Positions 59,912 through 64,000 of a stretch of 64,000 nucleotides of DNA are shown piece after piece; within the stretch, counting starts at the first letter, position 1; each line of letters begins with the position of its first letter. The position numbers and the translations under genes are program-made. The DNA comes from Verrucomicrobiota bacterium. GTDB lineage: Bacteria > Verrucomicrobiota > Verrucomicrobiia > Opitutales > Seribacteraceae. A model generated the notes under the pieces. It did not search any database, was not told the origin of the DNA, and worked only from the letters and a program-made list of their open reading frames with translations. The stretch is from the NCBI GenBank assembly GCA_027622665.1, contig JAQBYT010000001.1, positions 192,001 to 256,000 on the forward strand, written 5' to 3'.

Positions 59912-62302
59912 TCAAAAGCGAGTTCCACCGGAGAAGTGGAATTGAGGCGAACCACCTGTATCGGTTGGATCAGTTATGGGGAAACCGAGGTCGAGACGCA
60001 GGGGCATGCCCATAACCATAATGCGGGCACCGAGTCCCCAGTTGTCGTACCACCCTGGGCCCGAGGAAGGGTTAAACTGAAAATCGCCCTTATTCATGTA
60101 ACCGCCATCGTAAAAGAGCGCCAACCGTAAGGGCTGAGCAATCTTAAAGGTGTACTCGGCGCCCAAATAAGCAAAAGTGTTACCACCTGTAGGTTCCTTT
60201 GGCTCAGGCAATCCAGTAAGAGGATCTATCTTGTCGTTTTGAGGACCAGCATCCCTGTAATCCCATCCCCTTAGGTTGTAAGGCCCTCCTAAGAAAAACT
60301 TTTCAAAGAATGGTACATCGTCATCGTTCCCATTATACCGACCCAAAGTGCCTGCTCTAGCTACAAAAGAGAGTACCTGCTCCATGGTTTCTGAAGTCTT
60401 GAAAAACTGTGCCCCTTGCAGCTCGAGACGACCATATTCAGCTTCACCGCCAAAGGGACCACCGGCAAATTCCTTTCGTAGAGAGAGAATGCTGCCCTCG
60501 GTAGGGAACAAGATGCTGTCGCGAGTATCGCGAGTAAGTGTGAGACCAATCTTTGATATGATTAAGTCCTCATTCTTTATGAATGATGGAGCATTGGAAG
60601 CTGTATCATCTATAACGACATCCTCATAACTATAAAATAGCCGGCCTTCGACCAGTTCGAACAAACGTCGTCGAGCATAGATTTCGAATCCCGCCCGCAT
60701 CTCATCGTAGTAGGAACTGTAGTAATCAGACTTTTCCCGAAAGACTTCGAAACCTGCAGCTAGACGACGGTTCAAAAACCAAGGTTCCTCAAGCGCAAGA
60801 CGAACCTCACTACTACGAGAACCAAGTTTTAAGCGAAACCGAAACTTTTGGCCGTCACCCTGTAACCTGTGGGGACCACGCCAACGAAAAAGATCGAAAT
60901 TACCTTGGCGAAATTCAGCGAACATCATTGCGTTTTCCAAGGTGCTGAATCCTACCCCAAAGGAGACATGTCCAGTACGCCCCTCTTTCACATTTACTAC
61001 GAGATTGCGCCTAGAGCGCTGAATTTCGGGATCGTCCGTAGCAATAGGTTCGTCGTCGAGAGTGACTCTTTCGAAAAACCGGGTGTTTCTCAAGCGTGCC
61101 TCGCTAGTCTCCATTCGACGGAGATCGAATATTTCGCTAGGGGCAAGAGCTAATTCTCGGACAATCGCAATGGTGCGAGTCTTGTCGTTCCCCCGCACCA
61201 ATATAGAGTGCACGGTAAACTTGTTGTTCTCCGTCACGTCAAAAGTAACGTCTATTCGCCCCGATTCGAGATTAGGTTTACGAATCGCGATAACTCGGGC
61301 ATCGAGATAACCATCTTCTCCATAGCGTTTCCTAATGCGATTCCGATCCTCCCCAAGAAGGGTAGGTGAGTAGACGTCGCCTTCCTGCAACTTTAATTCC
61401 TTCAAGAGGTCTTCCGTCGAGAGGACAGCGTTGCCTATTACTTTTATTTTTCCTGCATAGGATCTTTCTCCTTCAACCAAGTTTACAACAAGGTCCAATG
61501 CGTCAGCACCACGCCTTAAAATTTCGACCCCACTTTCCTCAATGCCTATATCAAGAAAACCTTTGTCTCGATAGACCTTGCGCAAAACTTCAAGATCTCC
61601 CTCCAACACGGAAGGTCTATATTTGGAACGTTTGGACCAGAAACGCCAGAAGCGCCACGGAGCAGTTTCAATTTGCTTGCGAAGAAACCTACTTGAAAGT
61701 TGTTTATTGCCTTCGAATGCGATTTTTCGGATTTTGCGACTTTCACCTTCTACTATACGAAAAACAACTGTGGCCGAACGAGCACCTTCATCACGAAGAA
61801 TCTCAGACTCCACCCGAGAATTCCAAAAGCCTTTGTCCAAATAAAGTTCCCGAACTGCCCGCTCGTCAGACTTGATAATTGCTTCATCGAGAAGTTCACC
61901 TGCTTCCGATTTAATTAATTTTTCGAGCTTTCTTCGAGAAAGCGAATCATTCCCCTCGAATCGAATCTCTCCGATGCGAGGTTTTGTGGTAACGCGGAAA
62001 GCTAAAACGACTGATGCAGGATCTGGTTGCACAGTATCCAAAAAAACGCGGACATCATCTACAGTACCAGTGGCCATCAGATTGCGGATGGATTTGTCTA
62101 TGGCACTGGAGTGATACTCAGCACCAACCTCAACTTGAAGGTTCTCGCGAATAAAAGACTCACCAATGGTACGGGGTCCTTGAATCGTGATTCGGATTTC
62201 CGAAATACGCTTACCCGTAGGGTCAACTTGAGCCAGCGAAAACGCTCCCCATCCCATAAGAATAAAACATACGAGGACTAAAATACGAATGTCAGCAAGC
62301 AT
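59912..62302 (-). CDS. bamA: Outer membrane protein assembly factor BamA
   Basis: POTRA repeats (IRFEGN, YLDKGF, GNDKTR), FFLGGPYNLRGW, C-terminal FHFSGGTRF. Confidence 0.95.
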   Translation of the reverse strand: MLADIRILVLVCFILMGWGAFSLAQVDPTGKRISEIRITIQGPRTIGESFIRENLQVEVGAEYHSSAIDKSIRNLMATGTVDDVRVFLDTVQPDPASVVLAFRVTTKPRIGEIRFEGNDSLSRRKLEKLIKSEAGELLDEAIIKSDERAVRELYLDKGFWNSRVESEILRDEGARSATVVFRIVEGESRKIRKIAFEGNKQLSSRFLRKQIETAPWRFWRFWSKRSKYRPSVLEGDLEVLRKVYRDKGFLDIGIEESGVEILRRGADALDLVVNLVEGERSYAGKIKVIGNAVLSTEDLLKELKLQEGDVYSPTLLGEDRNRIRKRYGEDGYLDARVIAIRKPNLESGRIDVTFDVTENNKFTVHSILVRGNDKTRTIAIVRELALAPSEIFDLRRMETSEARLRNTRFFERVTLDDEPIATDDPEIQRSRRNLVVNVKEGRTGHVSFGVGFSTLENAMMFAEFRQGNFDLFRWRGPHRLQGDGQKFRFRLKLGSRSSEVRLALEEPWFLNRRLAAGFEVFREKSDYYSSYYDEMRAGFEIYARRRLFELVEGRLFYSYEDVVIDDTASNAPSFIKNEDLIISKIGLTLTRDTRDSILFPTEGSILSLRKEFAGGPFGGEAEYGRLELQGAQFFKTSETMEQVLSFVARAGTLGRYNGNDDDVPFFEKFFLGGPYNLRGWDYRDAGPQNDKIDPLTGLPEPKEPTGGNTFAYLGAEYTFKIAQPLRLALFYDGGYMNKGDFQFNPSSGPGWYDNWGLGARIMVMGMPLRLDLGFPITDPTDTGGSPQFHFSGGTRF

Positions 62303-62307
62303 TGATC

Positions 62308-63726
62308 TTAATTCATGCGAGAACCGCCGTGCATACTGGTAAAGCGCGTAAACTGTTTGCGGAATGCTAGTTGCAAATTACCGGTGGGACCATTTCGTTG
62401 CTTAGCCAAGAGAAGCTTTATGGTTTCGAAGTCTTCAGCACTTGCATTGGGGCCATCCATCTCGCGGGCATCCGAGGCTGATTTGTCCTTGGCAAGAAGC
62501 ATTACAATATCAGCATCCTGCTCAATAGAACCTGACTCACGGAGATCCGAAAGCCTCGGTTCCCGACCATCCTTGTCAGACTCCCGGTTAAGCTGACTCA
62601 AAACAATCACCGGGACATTAAGTTCCTTGGCCATTGCCTTAAGTCCGCGAGAAATGACTGCAACTCCAGCTTCTCTCGATTGGATACGAGAGTCGGTTCC
62701 AATGAGTTGAAGGTAATCCACCACGATTAATGAAAGTGGTTGCCGGGAGTGAGTGCGACGAGCTTTTGCTCGGAGTTGATGGATTGTTAAACCTCCTGAA
62801 TCATCAACCCATATGGGCGCCTGACGAAATTCACGAGCGGTTGCAGCTAGCTTTGCTTGAGCATCGCGAGGTGCAAATCCTCTTTGGAGATCACTTTGAT
62901 TAACCTCGGCCCGGCCACAAATCAATCGCATGGCAAGGGAAACAGCACTCATTTCCAAACTGAATACAAGAACGCTTGGAGGATCTGGTTGTGCGGCTGG
63001 AGACAAAACGATGTTTTCCACAATGTTCATGGCAAGAGTAGTCTTTCCCACAGAAGGTCGAGCTGCCAAAACTATCATTTCAGTTGGTCTTAGACCGTTA
63101 GTTAAATTATCGAGATCGGGATAGCCTGTTTTTACACCAGCCGCATCTTCACCGGCTAATAACCTGTTGATCTGTTCTTCGGCACTGGCAACCGGTTCTC
63201 TGAATCTCTTTGCCGCATCGGAGGCTCGATCTTGGCTTAACTCAAAAACATCTTTTTCAATTTCACCGAGAAATGCACCAAGGTCACCTTCCTGCTTATT
63301 TGCCCGGTCAATGATATCATGAGCTACGCGTATGCACTGTCTAAGAATTTGCTTTTCCCTCACTATCTCCAGCCAAAAAGGAGCATGGGCAGGTGTTTCT
63401 ATCCGAGAGGTCAGAGCCGCCAACGCGGCATGACCTCCAACTTCGTCCAACTGATCTCGTTGAGAAAGCTTTTCTGCAAGAAGAATCTCATCGGCAGGCT
63501 CACCCTCTCGCTGAAGATCAAGCAGGGCTGAATATATATATTGGTGGTTTGGCGAATAAAAATGCTCAGGAAGGAGACCGGACTCAGCACACAAGGAGGT
63601 AGTTTCACCAGTTTGGTCAAGAATACATGCGGCGAGCAATCCTTGCTCGGCGTCACCGTTACTCGGAAGAGAAGGTCCTGGCAAAAAGTTTGCTGCGCCA
63701 GCGGATGGAGTATCGCCTCCAAGCAT
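62308..63726 (-). CDS. dnaB: Replicative DNA helicase
   Basis: LAARPSVGKT, FSLEM, VDYLQL, LSQLNR, LSDLRESGSIEQDAD, KQRNGP; no intein seen. Confidence 0.96.
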   Translation of the reverse strand: MLGGDTPSAGAANFLPGPSLPSNGDAEQGLLAACILDQTGETTSLCAESGLLPEHFYSPNHQYIYSALLDLQREGEPADEILLAEKLSQRDQLDEVGGHAALAALTSRIETPAHAPFWLEIVREKQILRQCIRVAHDIIDRANKQEGDLGAFLGEIEKDVFELSQDRASDAAKRFREPVASAEEQINRLLAGEDAAGVKTGYPDLDNLTNGLRPTEMIVLAARPSVGKTTLAMNIVENIVLSPAAQPDPPSVLVFSLEMSAVSLAMRLICGRAEVNQSDLQRGFAPRDAQAKLAATAREFRQAPIWVDDSGGLTIHQLRAKARRTHSRQPLSLIVVDYLQLIGTDSRIQSREAGVAVISRGLKAMAKELNVPVIVLSQLNRESDKDGREPRLSDLRESGSIEQDADIVMLLAKDKSASDAREMDGPNASAEDFETIKLLLAKQRNGPTGNLQLAFRKQFTRFTSMHGGSRMN

Positions 63727-63727
63727 C

Positions 63728-64000
63728 TCAGTCTTCTTCTGTCTCGATGGGGTTTTCCGACACAATTTCAAATTCGACGTCGGCTGTTACCTCCGGGTGC
63801 AGTTGAAACGTTGCGGTGAGTTTACCCAATTCCTTAACGGGCCGAAAGGGAGCAAGGTGGCGTTTATCCAAGTGAAAGCCCTGCTCTTCAAGCTTGGCAA
63901 GCAACTGCGCGGAGGTTACCGAACCGAACAATTTCCCACCCGCACCAGTCTTGACGGCGATCGCGACACGAGTATTTCGTAATTTGACGGCAATTTCTTC
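63728..64000 (-). CDS. rplI: 50S ribosomal protein L9, C-terminal part (truncated by the window edge)
   Basis: GGKLFGSVT...VKELG...LHPEV; directly upstream of dnaB. Confidence 0.9.
   Translation of the reverse strand, partial: EEIAVKLRNTRVAIAVKTGAGGKLFGSVTSAQLLAKLEEQGFHLDKRHLAPFRPVKELGKLTATFQLHPEVTADVEFEIVSENPIETEED

Overview
Bacterial chromosomal segment of about 50% GC. The rplI-dnaB-bamA-skp-lpxD-prs order, the double-length uvrA, and the DUF1501, DUF1553, DUF5069 and planctomycete-type cytochrome genes suggest a PVC-superphylum host, most likely Verrucomicrobiota/Opitutales-like (inference). From left to right it contains: a markedly higher-GC DUF1553-DUF1501 cassette; a beta-propeller plus blue-copper gene pair; Sel1, TPR, site-2 protease and rhomboid genes; pyrE; a complete bioA-B-D-F-esterase-C operon with a BirA-type operator; a cytochrome/LRR/YHS protein followed by a decayed extra YHS repeat; an ABC exporter; a STAS/PP2C pair; acnA, a peroxiredoxin and tyrS; an AT-richer tricorn-like S41 protease gene; the fused uvrA; and tRNA-Glu. 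An accessory stretch follows, with a PQQ-like propeller, an nDsbD-like lipoprotein, DUF1501, a Wzc/GumC-like relic, two tandem paralogues of an unknown family, an FAD oxidoreductase, a NanM-SSS fusion and a gluconolactonase. The window ends with rpmH-rnpA-yidC-yebC-metXW, htrA and the dnaB-bamA cluster. The most striking observation is a YidC insertase with a C-terminal HPD-containing J-domain and a CxxC in its periplasmic domain. The neighbouring rnpA has no canonical in-frame start codon for its conserved N-terminus. All family calls come from motifs recognised by eye; no database searches were run.
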